Source of the DNA: an uncultured Candidatus Saccharibacteria bacterium
GTDB lineage: Bacteria; Patescibacteriota; Minisyncoccia; Phycocordibacterales; UBA9973
NCBI GenBank assembly: GCA_964354985.1
Contig: CAYHBR010000003.1
Span: 4,809-68,808, forward strand
Length of the DNA: 64,000 bases
Reading direction: 5' to 3'
Translations under genes and position numbers: made by a program
The notes under the pieces: generated by a model
Database searches by the model: none
The model's input: the letters and a program-made list of their open reading frames with translations, nothing else
What the model was told of the DNA's origin: nothing
In this document: one piece after another, positions 1-9,419 of the stretch
How positions within the stretch are numbered: position 1 is the first letter of the stretch
Layout of the letters: every line of letters begins with the position of its first letter

Positions 1-363
1 GATTGCAAGAGAAGTATCAATTGCTTTTCCGGTTCCGAGTCCGATATTTCCTTTTTTATCACCAATAGCGATAGCACAAGAAAGAGAGAAACGGCGACCT
101 CCGGCAACCACACGAGTAACGCGACGAATAGAAATGATCTTCTGGTCAAATTCTGGTTTAGGGCGATCTGCAAAGTCTCGGCGTGGACCACGGCGAGGAG
201 CACCGCTTCCACTACCACTGCGTGAGGCCGAAGCACCACCGCGATATCCTGGAGTACTTGCACGGAAACCGCCTACACTTCCGGCTGGGCGTGTTCCGCG
301 AGTGTTTGCACTAGCTGGACTAGGACTTGTTGTTGTATTTGGTTTTGGTGTTATTTCAGACAT
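1..363 (-). CDS. rpsE: 30S ribosomal protein S5 (runs off window start)
   Basis: Manual translation from ATG at 363: MSEITPK...EFDQKIISIRRVTRVVAGGRRFS...IGDKKGNIGLGTGKA; follows rplR; ~70-aa Gly/Arg/Ser-rich N-extension. Confidence 0.95.
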   Translation of the reverse strand, partial: MSEITPKPNTTTSPSPASANTRGTRPAGSVGGFRASTPGYRGGASASRSGSGSGAPRRGPRRDFADRPKPEFDQKIISIRRVTRVVAGGRRFSLSCAIAIGDKKGNIGLGTGKAIDTSLAI

Positions 364-370
364 ATTTGTA

Positions 371-727
371 TTAAAAAATTAAACCTCCTTCGCGTGCACC
401 ATCGGCAAATTCCTTTACACGACCAGTGTACTTGAAACCATTTCGATCAAAAATGACTTTTGTAATCCCATTTCCAGTTGCATTTTTAGCGATTTCGATT
501 CCCATGTTTTTTGCAGAAACGCGTTTTGTTTCTTTTGTCTTACCTTTTTTTATATCAGCTACTGAAACGATAGTGAAACCTTTTGTGTCATCGATAAGCT
601 GTCCGTAGATAAATTTGTTTGAACGAAAAACTGAAAGACGAGGAAGTTCAGCCGTTCCAAAAACTTTGGCTCGGATCTTTCCTTTCAATCGATTTCTTTT
701 TTCAGTTTTAATATTTTTGTATTTCAT
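371..727 (-). CDS. rplR: 50S ribosomal protein L18
   Basis: PRLSVFRSNK, FDRNGFKYTGRVK..ADGAREGGL motifs; spc order. Confidence 0.97.
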   Translation of the reverse strand: MKYKNIKTEKRNRLKGKIRAKVFGTAELPRLSVFRSNKFIYGQLIDDTKGFTIVSVADIKKGKTKETKRVSAKNMGIEIAKNATGNGITKVIFDRNGFKYTGRVKEFADGAREGGLIF

Positions 728-753
728 AAAATTTATTTAAAAACGAGTGTAGA

Positions 754-1290
754 CTATGCGGCCTTCTTTCCTTGCTTACGTCTGACGACTTCGTTGTCAT
801 AATGGAAACCTTTTCCTTTGTATGGTTCTGGCTTTTTAAGAGCACGAACTTTGGCGGTAAATTGACCGACAAGTTCTTTGTCGATACCTGTAATAGTAAT
901 GTTGTTTTTTACCGCGACGACAGTAAGAGTTTCTGGAATAGGAACTGAAACTGGGTGAGAAAAACCAAGCGCGAGTTCTAGGTTTGAACCTTTTACGTCT
1001 GATTTGAAACCAACACCTTCAAGAATAAGAATTTTTGAATAAGGTTCGGTTACGCCTTTGATCATATTTTTAATATGAGATGCGTATGTACCCCAGAGAG
1101 AGTTCATGAATTTTGTATCTAGGTTTTTTGGCAAGAGAGTAACTTTATCGCCTTCGATAGTGATAACGATCTCGTCACGCATAGGCTTTGTTAGTGTCCC
1201 CTTTGGACCAACAACGGTAATAACTCCGCTTGACTGGGTGACAGTAACGCCTGATGGAATATTGATTTCTTGTTTACCGATTCGTGACAT
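754..1290 (-). CDS. rplF: 50S ribosomal protein L6
   Basis: MSRIGK, LGFSHPV, PEPYKGKG motifs. Confidence 0.98.
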   Translation of the reverse strand: MSRIGKQEINIPSGVTVTQSSGVITVVGPKGTLTKPMRDEIVITIEGDKVTLLPKNLDTKFMNSLWGTYASHIKNMIKGVTEPYSKILILEGVGFKSDVKGSNLELALGFSHPVSVPIPETLTVVAVKNNITITGIDKELVGQFTAKVRALKKPEPYKGKGFHYDNEVVRRKQGKKAA

Positions 1291-1297
1291 ATATTAT

Positions 1298-1684
1298 TTA
1301 CCAAATTGAAAATAAAATTTCTCCGCCGACCAATTCTTTGCGGGCTTCCTTGTCTGTTAGGATGCCTTTTGGAGTTGAATATACGAAAATACCGGCGCCG
1401 TTTTTGTACATACGGATTTCTTTTGTTCCTTTGTACATTCGGCGTGATGGCTTTGAGATACGGGTAACATCGTTTATCTGGTCACCATTTTTTGCGGCGA
1501 TTGTGATGTCGAGGTATGGGCGTTCGTTGCGGATCTTTGTATCAAAATCTACGACAAAACCATTGCGTTTTAAGCAAACAACAATAGACTCCTTCATTTT
1601 TGAATGAGGAACAGACACAACTGCTTTACCAGCGTGTGAGGCGTTCTTTATCATTGTTATCATTGCTGCAATTGGGTCGGTCAT
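1298..1684 (-). CDS. rpsH: 30S ribosomal protein S8
   Basis: MTDPIA, RISKPSRRMY, STPKGILTDKEAR, VGGE. Confidence 0.98.
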   Translation of the reverse strand: MTDPIAAMITMIKNASHAGKAVVSVPHSKMKESIVVCLKRNGFVVDFDTKIRNERPYLDITIAAKNGDQINDVTRISKPSRRMYKGTKEIRMYKNGAGIFVYSTPKGILTDKEARKELVGGEILFSIW

Positions 1685-1699
1685 ATAATTTATTGTTTA

Positions 1700-1885
1700 T
1701 TACCAAGATGACTTGCGTACACCTGGGATTTTTCCTTCGTTGGCGTATTCACGGAAACAGATTCGGCAAAGACCGAAATCTCGCATAAAACCACGTCCAC
1801 GACCACAGCGAAAACAACGGTTTGTCTTCCGAGTAGAGAATTTGGGTGTACGCGCAGCGCGTACTTTTACTGATGTTTTTGCCAT
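1700..1885 (-). CDS. rpsN: 30S ribosomal protein S14, zinc-binding (type Z)
   Basis: 61 aa, RCFRCGR...LCRICFRE...PGVRKSSW. Confidence 0.97.
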   Translation of the reverse strand: MAKTSVKVRAARTPKFSTRKTNRCFRCGRGRGFMRDFGLCRICFREYANEGKIPGVRKSSW

Positions 1886-2016
1886 ATTGATAAGTACCTT
1901 TTGGTCGAGGAATATCTCGTTTGTTTTCTTTATACCTGCAAGATTGAGCTGTGTGCCCTACCCCACAAAACTAAAGGAGAAAAACGGATTACCTCAATAA
2001 ATAAAAGGCTTCTGCA

Positions 2017-2081
2017 ATACTAGCAGAAGGCCCATGATAAGTCAAACCGGCTTTGACGACTACCTAAAACAAGCATAAGAT
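2017..2081. promoter_or_regulatory. Back-to-back sigma70 promoters (rpsN unit on minus, ECF sigma gene on plus)
   Basis: Minus: TTGACT(2045-2040)-17-TAGTAT(2022-2017); plus: TTGACG(2053-58)-17-TAAGAT(2076-81). Confidence 0.7.
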
Positions 2082-2099
2082 TGTAAAAAACACTTCACC

Positions 2100-2720
2100 A
2101 TGAAAAAACCAAATAAGAGAGTAGACCTGTTCTCTAGAGAAGGAGGTCACGAAAATGCTCGTAAAATCGCACTCGGAGACCGTGGTGCAGAAAATGATTT
2201 CTATAAATATTATTATGGAAATATATTACATTACATAAATTCAAGATTTAAGGTCGACAAAATGACCGCCGAGGATTTGACCATAATGGCACTTACCAAG
2301 TCGATGAAGGCCATAAAAGAAGGTCGATACAAGCCTGATTTTAAGGTTTCGACTTGGGTTTACATTGTTGCCAGAAACTTGACCATAGATCATATCAAGA
2401 CCAAAGAATCTAAAACTCAGAAGATTCATATCGAAAAAGCAGATTATGATTTTCAGATTTCAACTAAAGAAAAAAGTTTCTTGGATAAAATTATTCAGGA
2501 AGACCAAGATTCTTTGGTTCGAAAAGCGATAAATAGACTGCCGGCAATATATCGGATTATTATTTTCTACCGGTATATCAAGGATTACAGTTATCTCGAT
2601 TGTGCGAGAATACTGGGTAAACCGCTTGGGACAATAAAAGGCCAGATATACAGAGCAAAATTCGAGATGTTGAAACGGCCAGAGATACAGGAGATTCTTA
2701 AAGAAAGGAAGGCGGCTTAG
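2100..2720 (+). CDS. ECF (sigma-70 group 4) RNA polymerase sigma factor
   Basis: Region 2 AEDLT...STWVYIVARNLTIDH; region 4 LPAIYR...SY..CARILGKPLGTIKGQIYRA. Confidence 0.9.
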   Translation: MKKPNKRVDLFSREGGHENARKIALGDRGAENDFYKYYYGNILHYINSRFKVDKMTAEDLTIMALTKSMKAIKEGRYKPDFKVSTWVYIVARNLTIDHIKTKESKTQKIHIEKADYDFQISTKEKSFLDKIIQEDQDSLVRKAINRLPAIYRIIIFYRYIKDYSYLDCARILGKPLGTIKGQIYRAKFEMLKRPEIQEILKERKAA

Positions 2721-2761
2721 TAAAGTCGACGAGAATATTGAAATAAATTTTACGATGAGGC

Positions 2762-2794
2762 AAAAGCCCGCGACGTATGTCGCGGGCTTTTTTT
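2762..2794. terminator. Bidirectional intrinsic terminator between convergent ECF sigma and rplE
   Basis: AAAAGCCCGCGAC-gtat-GTCGCGGGCTTTTTTT. Confidence 0.85.
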
Positions 2795-2810
2795 AGTACT
2801 TATTTTAAAT

Positions 2811-3371
2811 TTATTTAACCGCAACTGGACTTTTGAAAGGAATACCAATGTGTTCGAAGAATTTTTCTCCTTCCTTTTTACCTTTTGCAGTAGTGACGAT
2901 AGTTATTGCCATTCCGAAAACATCACGGATATCTTCATCACCAGTTTCAGGGAAAATAGTGTGTTCCTTGATACCGATAGTAAGGTTTCCGATATTGTCT
3001 AGATTTTTACGATCTATACCGCGGAAGTCCTTGGTACGAGGAAAAGCGATATTTATTAGCTTTTCTAGGAAACCATACATACGCGCACCACGAAGTGTAA
3101 CAGTGACACCCACAGGGTCTCCAGTGCGGATCTTAAAAGAAGCAATAGACTTTTTAGCTCCACGAACATTGGCTTTTTGGCCAGTGATTTTTGAAATACG
3201 ATTGAGTACGTGTTCGTTGCGTTTTGGATCTTTCTTCATTGCTGTACCAGTAGCAGTAGAGATAACTACTTTTGTGAGTTTTGGCGCAGCCATCTTGTTT
3301 TTGTAGCCAAAGTCACCCTTGAGGATTTCAAAAGCATTATCGTTTTTTTCTTTTACAGTTAAATGTTTCAT
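2811..3371 (-). CDS. rplE: 50S ribosomal protein L5
   Basis: ITGQK, AKKSIASFKIR, VTLRGARMY, PRTKDFRG. Confidence 0.98.
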   Translation of the reverse strand: MKHLTVKEKNDNAFEILKGDFGYKNKMAAPKLTKVVISTATGTAMKKDPKRNEHVLNRISKITGQKANVRGAKKSIASFKIRTGDPVGVTVTLRGARMYGFLEKLINIAFPRTKDFRGIDRKNLDNIGNLTIGIKEHTIFPETGDEDIRDVFGMAITIVTTAKGKKEGEKFFEHIGIPFKSPVAVK

Positions 3372-3398
3372 ATATAAATTCTTATTTAAAATTTTAGA

Positions 3399-3701
3399 CT
3401 ATATCTCCTGGTCGCTCTTTTTTGCGACACGGACAAATACTTTGCCGACTTTCTTTTTACCAAGTCGTGACTGCTTGCCAGATTTTGGATCAAGGATCAT
3501 TACGTTTGAAGCATGGATTGGCATTGAGATTTCAATAACACTTCCCTTCGCTCCGCCCTTTTTTGCACGCTGTTGCTTTTTTACAACATTGACACCGTCA
3601 AGAACAACTCGGTTTGCTTCGCGCAAGACACGAACAATTGCACCAGACTTTCCTTTGTCTTTGCCTGCAACCACTATTACTTTATCTCCTTTTTTAAACA
3701 T
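3399..3701 (-). CDS. rplX: 50S ribosomal protein L24
   Basis: KOW KKGDKVIVVAGKDKGKSG; PIHASNV. Confidence 0.98.
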   Translation of the reverse strand: MFKKGDKVIVVAGKDKGKSGAIVRVLREANRVVLDGVNVVKKQQRAKKGGAKGSVIEISMPIHASNVMILDPKSGKQSRLGKKKVGKVFVRVAKKSDQEI

Positions 3702-3719
3702 ATAATTATTTTTATGATT

Positions 3720-4091
3720 TTATATAACCTCTGGTGCTAGTGAAATAATTTTCTGAAAACCTTTTTCAGCTAGTTCGCGTGGCATTGGTCCGAAAACACG
3801 ACCGGCCTTTGGATCCATCTTTCCTTTTTCCAAAATAACAACTGCGTTGTCATCGAAACGAATATATGAACCATCCTTACGACGAAATGCCTTTGTAGTA
3901 CGAACAACTACAGCCTGGTGAATATCCTTTTTCTTGACGCCCTTGCGAGGATCAGCCACCTTAACTGAAATAATTACGAGATCACCAATTGAAGCATAAC
4001 GACGCTTTGAACCCCCGAGTACTTTGAAAACACGGCCCATGGTTCCACCAGCATTGTCAGTTATTTTTACATTTGTTCCGTCTTGTATCAT
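3720..4091 (-). CDS. rplN: 50S ribosomal protein L14
   Basis: MIQ..., RKDGSYIRFDDNAVV, KIISLAPEVI. Confidence 0.98.
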   Translation of the reverse strand: MIQDGTNVKITDNAGGTMGRVFKVLGGSKRRYASIGDLVIISVKVADPRKGVKKKDIHQAVVVRTTKAFRRKDGSYIRFDDNAVVILEKGKMDPKAGRVFGPMPRELAEKGFQKIISLAPEVI

Positions 4092-4095
4092 ATAA

Positions 4096-4356
4096 TTATT
4101 CGGTAACTACTTTAAAATGTTTATCTTTTGAAATTGGTCTGGTCTCGACGATTGTTACTCTGTCCCCTATTTTGTGACCAGCTTCATCGTGGGCTTTGTA
4201 CTTCTTCGAAATCTTGACGTATTTTTTGTACTTTGGGTGCTTTTCGTAACGAGTTACAGAAACAACCACAGTTTTCTGCATTTTATCTGAAACCACCACT
4301 CCATCGAGCGTTTTTCGGTTTACCTTTTTTTCTGTTGTTTCTGTTTCTGTTTTCAT
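4096..4356 (-). CDS. rpsQ: 30S ribosomal protein S17
   Basis: [29 protein letters not shown]. Confidence 0.98.
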   Translation of the reverse strand: MKTETETTEKKVNRKTLDGVVVSDKMQKTVVVSVTRYEKHPKYKKYVKISKKYKAHDEAGHKIGDRVTIVETRPISKDKHFKVVTE

Positions 4357-4374
4357 AAAAAAATACTTATGCGA

Positions 4375-4791
4375 CTAACGAGCGATGACTCGAGTTTTGA
4401 CCGGCAATTTTGTTCCAGCCTTTCGAAGTGCTTCCTTTGCGGTAGCTTCATCGACACCATCTACTTCAAAAATAACACGACCTGGTTTTACTTCAAAACA
4501 ATATCCTGCTGGATCGCCTTTTCCTTTTCCCATTCCCACCTCTGGTGGTTTGTTTGTAAAAGGTCTATCTGGGAAAATACGAATCCAAATGCGTCCTGTC
4601 TTTGAAAGCTGGTGAGCCATAGTCTTTCTTGCTGACTCAATCTGTTTTGACTCAACACGAGCATAACTTTCTGACTTTAGTCCAAATGAACCAAAGGCAA
4701 GAGTTGTACCACGAGTTTCTGGAGTAATCTTGCTCATATTTCGGCGAGTGGATTGCCACTTCCTGTGTTTTACTTTCTTGGGGAATAACAT
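4375..4791 (-). CDS. rplP: 50S ribosomal protein L16
   Basis: MLFPKKVKHRK, WIRIFPD, MGKGKG. Confidence 0.98.
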   Translation of the reverse strand: MLFPKKVKHRKWQSTRRNMSKITPETRGTTLAFGSFGLKSESYARVESKQIESARKTMAHQLSKTGRIWIRIFPDRPFTNKPPEVGMGKGKGDPAGYCFEVKPGRVIFEVDGVDEATAKEALRKAGTKLPVKTRVIAR

Positions 4792-4795
4792 AAAA

Positions 4796-5491
4796 TTATT
4801 GGTTAGCTTCTTTACGTTTATCTGCTAGTGCTTTTTCGGCCGCAAAGACTTCTCCTTTGTATATCCAAACTTTAATACCAATGTCTCCGTAAAGCATATG
4901 TGCCTTTTCGCGAGCAAAATCGATATCGGCGCGGATTGTCTGAAGTGGAATAGAGCCCTTTTTAAGCTCTTCTCCGCGTGCAATTTCTGCACCACCAAGA
5001 CGGCCTCCGAGAACAATACGAACCCCTTTGACACCACGAACTGCCATAACTTTTTCGATAGTGGTCTTGAGAACACGTCGGTATGGCAAGCGCTTTTCGA
5101 TACCTTCTGCAACTGCGTAAGCGATGATGGCTGCGTCAGCATCTGGATTTTCTACTTCGACTATGTCGAGTTTAAAATCTTCTGGAACCTGAAGTTTTGC
5201 TTTCTTGAGTCTTTTTTCTATTTCAGCCTTGAGTTTGACTGCTCCGTCTCCACCACGACCGATAAGCATACCTGGGCGTGATGTGCGGATAATGAGACGA
5301 GTAGATTTGCGGTTACGTTCGATTTCGATAACAGAAACATAAAAACCGCGGAGTTTTTTGCCTAGGTATTCACGCATAACAACATCGGACTTGAGTTCTT
5401 CTGCAAACTTTTTTGGCTCTGCAAACCAACGTGACTTCCAGTCGCGGAGGGTTACAAGTCTATGTGCATATGGGTGGACTATTTTTGACAT
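4796..5491 (-). CDS. rpsC: 30S ribosomal protein S3
   Basis: RPGMLIGRGG KH motif, GRLGGAEIAR, PLQTIRADID, GIKVWIYKGE. Confidence 0.98.
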   Translation of the reverse strand: MSKIVHPYAHRLVTLRDWKSRWFAEPKKFAEELKSDVVMREYLGKKLRGFYVSVIEIERNRKSTRLIIRTSRPGMLIGRGGDGAVKLKAEIEKRLKKAKLQVPEDFKLDIVEVENPDADAAIIAYAVAEGIEKRLPYRRVLKTTIEKVMAVRGVKGVRIVLGGRLGGAEIARGEELKKGSIPLQTIRADIDFAREKAHMLYGDIGIKVWIYKGEVFAAEKALADKRKEANQ

Positions 5492-5492
5492 A

Positions 5493-5912
5493 TTATTTTG
5501 CGGTTACTTTTTTCTTAGCTGTTTTTTTAGCTTTTGGTTCAGCTTTCGTTGCTGATACTTGTGGCTTGCCCTTTTTTGCACCTTTTTCGGCTTTGTGACC
5601 GAGTGAAAGTGTAATGTGTGAGCTTCTTTTGTTGATTCTAAAAGCAGATCCACGAGCGCGGGGCATCATGCGTTTGAGAACAATACCTTTGTCGATGCGG
5701 ATTTCTGAAATAATAAGGTTGTCAGTTGATTCCCCTGCTTGTTTTGCATTTGCAACAGCTGAAGCTACAAGTTTTGAAATTGGTTCTGCTGCTCTCTTTG
5801 GTAGGAATGACAAATAAAGCATAGCGTCTACAACGCGCTTTCCCTTGATTGCGTCACCAACAAGGCGAACCTTGCGGGGAGACTGTCTGTAGTTTTTCAA
5901 AAAGGCTTTCAT
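5493..5912 (-). CDS. rplV: 50S ribosomal protein L22
   Basis: SPRKVRLV, PRARGSA..I.KRSSHI; Lys/Ala-rich C-tail. Confidence 0.98.
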   Translation of the reverse strand: MKAFLKNYRQSPRKVRLVGDAIKGKRVVDAMLYLSFLPKRAAEPISKLVASAVANAKQAGESTDNLIISEIRIDKGIVLKRMMPRARGSAFRINKRSSHITLSLGHKAEKGAKKGKPQVSATKAEPKAKKTAKKKVTAK

Positions 5913-5929
5913 GATAATAATTTAGGGAA

Positions 5930-6277
5930 TTACTTTTTAGGCTTGGCGTCGGCTGACTCCTTTCCGGACTTGGCGGCTGCGATTTCAGACTCCTTTTTCT
6001 TGGCTTCAAGTTCTTTCTGCATTTTACCTCCGTGTCTGACAAATTTCTTTGTTGGTGAAAATTCACCCAATCGGTGACCCACCATATCTTCAGTAGCGAG
6101 GACTTCGACATGAGTTTTACCGTTATGAACGCCGAAAGTGAAACCAACCATTTCTGGGGCTATCTGGCAGGCGCGTGACCAAGTTTTTATAACCCCAGTT
6201 TGCATGGGGTTTTTGCCTATTATTTTGTTGAGGACGCGTTCGTCAACGTACGGCCCTTTTTTAAGTGATCTGGTCAT
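5930..6277 (-). CDS. rpsS: 30S ribosomal protein S19
   Basis: [26 protein letters not shown]. Confidence 0.98.
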   Translation of the reverse strand: MTRSLKKGPYVDERVLNKIIGKNPMQTGVIKTWSRACQIAPEMVGFTFGVHNGKTHVEVLATEDMVGHRLGEFSPTKKFVRHGGKMQKELEAKKKESEIAAAKSGKESADAKPKK

Positions 6278-6323
6278 GTTTTTATTGTATTAGAAAAAGA
6301 AAAGCCCTAATGGAGCTCCCTGC

Positions 6324-6351
6324 ATATTAGCAGATTGAGATTTAAAGTCAA
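6324..6351 (-). promoter_or_regulatory. sigma70 promoter for the rpsS-rplE unit
   Basis: TTGACT-16-TAATAT with extended TG. Confidence 0.65.
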
Positions 6352-6380
6352 ATATTGGCTTAGACCACAAAAGCCTTATT

Positions 6381-6767
6381 TTACAATAGGAAAGTAATTA
6401 TTACCCTTGGGAGGAAAATTACGACACCAACTACGAAAGCAATGATAGCGGTTATCAGTACCGCCCCCGCCGCGACGTCTTTTGTGTCTCTTGCATGAGG
6501 GTGATATTCGGGACTAGTTAGGTTCATATCTATTTCAATTGCCGTATTGAAAGCTTCGGCTGAGAAAACCATTCCTGAAGCAAAAATAATGAAAATCCAT
6601 TCTAGAAGTGTTATCTGAAAATAAATACCTGCGATAACCACAAGGCCTAAGATCATAGTATGAATCCAGATATTGTATTGTCCCCGAAACATTATCCTTA
6701 TCCCCCGCAAAGCGTTCGACATAGACTTGAGGCGAGTGCGTGGGTAAAAACCTTTGTGATTTAACAT
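6381..6767 (-). CDS. dgkA: Diacylglycerol/undecaprenol kinase (DgkA family)
   Basis: AEAFNTAIE...D...KDVAAGAVL signature, three hydrophobic helices; ATG at 6767 preferred. Confidence 0.9.
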   Translation of the reverse strand: MLNHKGFYPRTRLKSMSNALRGIRIMFRGQYNIWIHTMILGLVVIAGIYFQITLLEWIFIIFASGMVFSAEAFNTAIEIDMNLTSPEYHPHARDTKDVAAGAVLITAIIAFVVGVVIFLPRVIITFLL

Positions 6768-6819
6768 AACCAAATGATACCACGCTAAAAAATTTCTAAA
6801 ATAAAAAGTGTTAATTTCT

Positions 6820-6860
6820 CAAATAAAAAATTCCCGCATTATGCGGGAATTTTTTATTTG
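6820..6860. terminator. Intrinsic terminator after rplB
   Basis: 20-bp perfect inverted repeat CAAATAAAAAATTCCCGCAT-t-ATGCGGGAATTTTTTATTTG. Confidence 0.85.
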
Positions 6861-6871
6861 TGCTAAAAGTT

Positions 6872-7717
6872 TTAACGTTTCTTTCCAGTCTTTCTACGAG
6901 TGAGGACGAGGAAGTTTGAGTATTTCTTTGGCTTACGAGTCTTCTTTCCACGGATACCTTTACCGTAGACGTTTTTGACGCGCTTCATACCTGCGCCCTG
7001 TGCGCCTTCACCTCCACCGAGTGGGTGGTCTACTGGGTTCATGGCAGAACCACGAACTGTTGGGCGAATACCCATCCAGCGAGAACGTCCAGCTTTACCG
7101 TAGTTGATGAGATGGTACTCATCATTTGAAACAGAACCTACCGATGCCCAAGCAAACTCTGGGATCTTTCGTACTTCTGAAGAAGGCATCTTGATCTGAG
7201 CGTAACCGGCGTCGTTAGCGATAAGCTGAGCAAATGTACCAGCTGAACGAACGAGCTTTGCGCCACCATCTGGTTTAACTTCAATGTTGTAAATGTATGT
7301 TCCAACTGGAATAAACTTTAATGGCAAGCGATTGCCCGGAGTGATTGTAGCTTTTTCTGAAACTAAAATCTTTGCACCGACAGTAACATTTTTCGGCAAA
7401 AGCATGTATCTCTTTTCACCATCTTTGTACTGAAGTAGTCCGATAAAACCTGAGCGGTTTGGATCATACTCAACAGAAGCTACGATAGCTGGGATGTCAC
7501 GCTTGTTGAACTTAAAGTCTATATCACGATAGAGTCGTTTGTTACCACCGCCTTTGTGACGAGTAGTGATGCGACCCTGACTGTTGCGACCGACCGATCG
7601 ACGAAAACCTGAAGTCAAAGACTTTTCTGGTTCTGTGCGAGTTATGACTCCACGATAATTGATCGTGGTCATATTTCGGCGAGATGGAGTTGTTGGTTTA
7701 TATGTTTTAATACTCAT
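6872..7717 (-). CDS. rplB: 50S ribosomal protein L2
   Basis: GRITTRHKGGG, EYDPNR, RPTVRGSAMNPVDHPLGGGEG. Confidence 0.99.
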   Translation of the reverse strand: MSIKTYKPTTPSRRNMTTINYRGVITRTEPEKSLTSGFRRSVGRNSQGRITTRHKGGGNKRLYRDIDFKFNKRDIPAIVASVEYDPNRSGFIGLLQYKDGEKRYMLLPKNVTVGAKILVSEKATITPGNRLPLKFIPVGTYIYNIEVKPDGGAKLVRSAGTFAQLIANDAGYAQIKMPSSEVRKIPEFAWASVGSVSNDEYHLINYGKAGRSRWMGIRPTVRGSAMNPVDHPLGGGEGAQGAGMKRVKNVYGKGIRGKKTRKPKKYSNFLVLTRRKTGKKR

Positions 7718-7721
7718 AAAA

Positions 7722-8054
7722 TTACATGAATTCTATTTTATCACCTGCCTTAAGTGTTACGACCGCTTTTTTGTAGCCTGATTTCCAAGCAGGACGTCCT
7801 GCGCGGAAAAGTGGCTTACTTGGCATACGAGCAATGGTTACTTTGACTGGATTCTTTTTGTACTCCTTCTTGAATACTTTTATGATATCACTTTTGTTTG
7901 AGTCCATAGGAACAAGAAAAGTGTATGCATTTTTTGTTGAGAGTATTCCAGACTTTTCTGTGACGCGTTTTGACAAGATAGAAACTTCTTTTGCTTCTAC
8001 TTTATCTGCTTTTGTTGCAACGCTCACTTCTTTTGTTGTTTTCTTTGTTGCCAT
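7722..8054 (-). CDS. rplW: 50S ribosomal protein L23
   Basis: VTEKS, YTFLV, KKAVVTLKAG; operon position. Confidence 0.93.
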   Translation of the reverse strand: MATKKTTKEVSVATKADKVEAKEVSILSKRVTEKSGILSTKNAYTFLVPMDSNKSDIIKVFKKEYKKNPVKVTIARMPSKPLFRAGRPAWKSGYKKAVVTLKAGDKIEFM

Positions 8055-8058
8055 ATAT

Positions 8059-8748
8059 TTATGCTACCTTCTCGCTTTTGCGAGGTTTAAGCTTTTTACC
8101 TTCAAAGAATTTAACAGCTTCAGTTGGTTCTGAAATAAGAATGTACTTATAAGTTGTCGCCATCAAAGGATTGAGGTTCTTCCATTGTTCTACCACGACT
8201 GACGGTAGGTTTGAAAGACTTTTAACTGTTTGCTTGTCTGACTTTGAAAGAAGAACCAAGCAAGCTGGCTTTCGGCCATTTGCAATACGTGGTGACTCTA
8301 CTGCCTTTCCAACTTTTGCAAGTGCTTCTTTGGCAGTCTTTGTACTAAAATCCGCAAAAGAAAGTTTGTCTACAAAAACAATTTCGTTGTCTTTGAGTTT
8401 TGCAGAAAGAACTCCGTACAAAACTGCTGTAAGTGTTTTTTTGTTTATCTTTCGGTTATAATTTTTGTCTTTGAGTGGTCCGTGTGTTGTACCTCCACCA
8501 ATCCAGATTGGACTTCGTGATGATCCATGACGAGCGCGCCCTGTTCCTTTTTGTTTCCACGGTTTCTTGCCTCCACCGCGAACTTCTCCGCGTCCTTTTG
8601 CGTTTGCCGTACCAGCACGCTGGTTACCAGCAAGTGCGACTAGAGTAGAGTGAATAGCGTCTTTAGAAATTTTGGCACCGAAAACAGACTCCGGAAGATT
8701 TATTGTTCCTGCTGATTCACCTTTTATGTTGTATATTTTTGCTTCCAT
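8059..8748 (-). CDS. rplD: 50S ribosomal protein L4
   Basis: RGEVRGGGKKPWKQKGTGRARHGS. Confidence 0.98.
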   Translation of the reverse strand: MEAKIYNIKGESAGTINLPESVFGAKISKDAIHSTLVALAGNQRAGTANAKGRGEVRGGGKKPWKQKGTGRARHGSSRSPIWIGGGTTHGPLKDKNYNRKINKKTLTAVLYGVLSAKLKDNEIVFVDKLSFADFSTKTAKEALAKVGKAVESPRIANGRKPACLVLLSKSDKQTVKSLSNLPSVVVEQWKNLNPLMATTYKYILISEPTEAVKFFEGKKLKPRKSEKVA

Positions 8749-8752
8749 ATGA

Positions 8753-9361
8753 TTATCCTGTTATTTCGATAAGAGTGCCTCGTCGACCTGGGATTGCGCC
8801 TGAAATTAACATCACATTTTCATCTTTATCGATGTGTAAAATCTTCAAATTGCGGACAGTGATTTTATCACTACCCATTCGTCCTGCCATTCTCATTCCT
8901 TTTGGAACGTGAGTACGCAGACCGCCACCGATAGAACCAGCCTCACGTTCAGAATGCTTCTGTCCGTGTGAGCGAGGACCACCGTGGAATCCGTGTCTTT
9001 TTACAACACCCTGAAAACCCTTACCTTTTGTTATTCCTGATACACGAATTGTGTCACCTTCGGTAAAAGCTTCAATAGTGACATTTTGGCCAACTGTCAT
9101 TGCTTCTCCCCCATCGACACGATATTCTCGTACTTCAGAAAAATTACCGAGTTCTTTGAAATGACCGCGCTCTGATTTTGAAAGCTTTTCAGCTTTTTTA
9201 CTACCGAAACCAACCTGAGTGGCGCTATAGCCATCAACTTCTTTTGATTTCACTTGAGTAACAACACCAGGCATAATACTTACGACTGTTGCAGGAAAAA
9301 CCTTCCCGCCGACAGCGAAGAATTGTGTCATATTTTGTTTTTTTCCTAATATAAATTTCAT
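8753..9361 (-). CDS. rplC: 50S ribosomal protein L3
   Basis: GKGFQGVVKRHGF, KGMRMAGRMG. Confidence 0.98.
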   Translation of the reverse strand: MKFILGKKQNMTQFFAVGGKVFPATVVSIMPGVVTQVKSKEVDGYSATQVGFGSKKAEKLSKSERGHFKELGNFSEVREYRVDGGEAMTVGQNVTIEAFTEGDTIRVSGITKGKGFQGVVKRHGFHGGPRSHGQKHSEREAGSIGGGLRTHVPKGMRMAGRMGSDKITVRNLKILHIDKDENVMLISGAIPGRRGTLIEITG

Positions 9362-9419
9362 ATAGTCCAGTTTGTGGCTACAAGTTAATACACATCCAAA
9401 TTTTTAGTGATCGAGAGAG

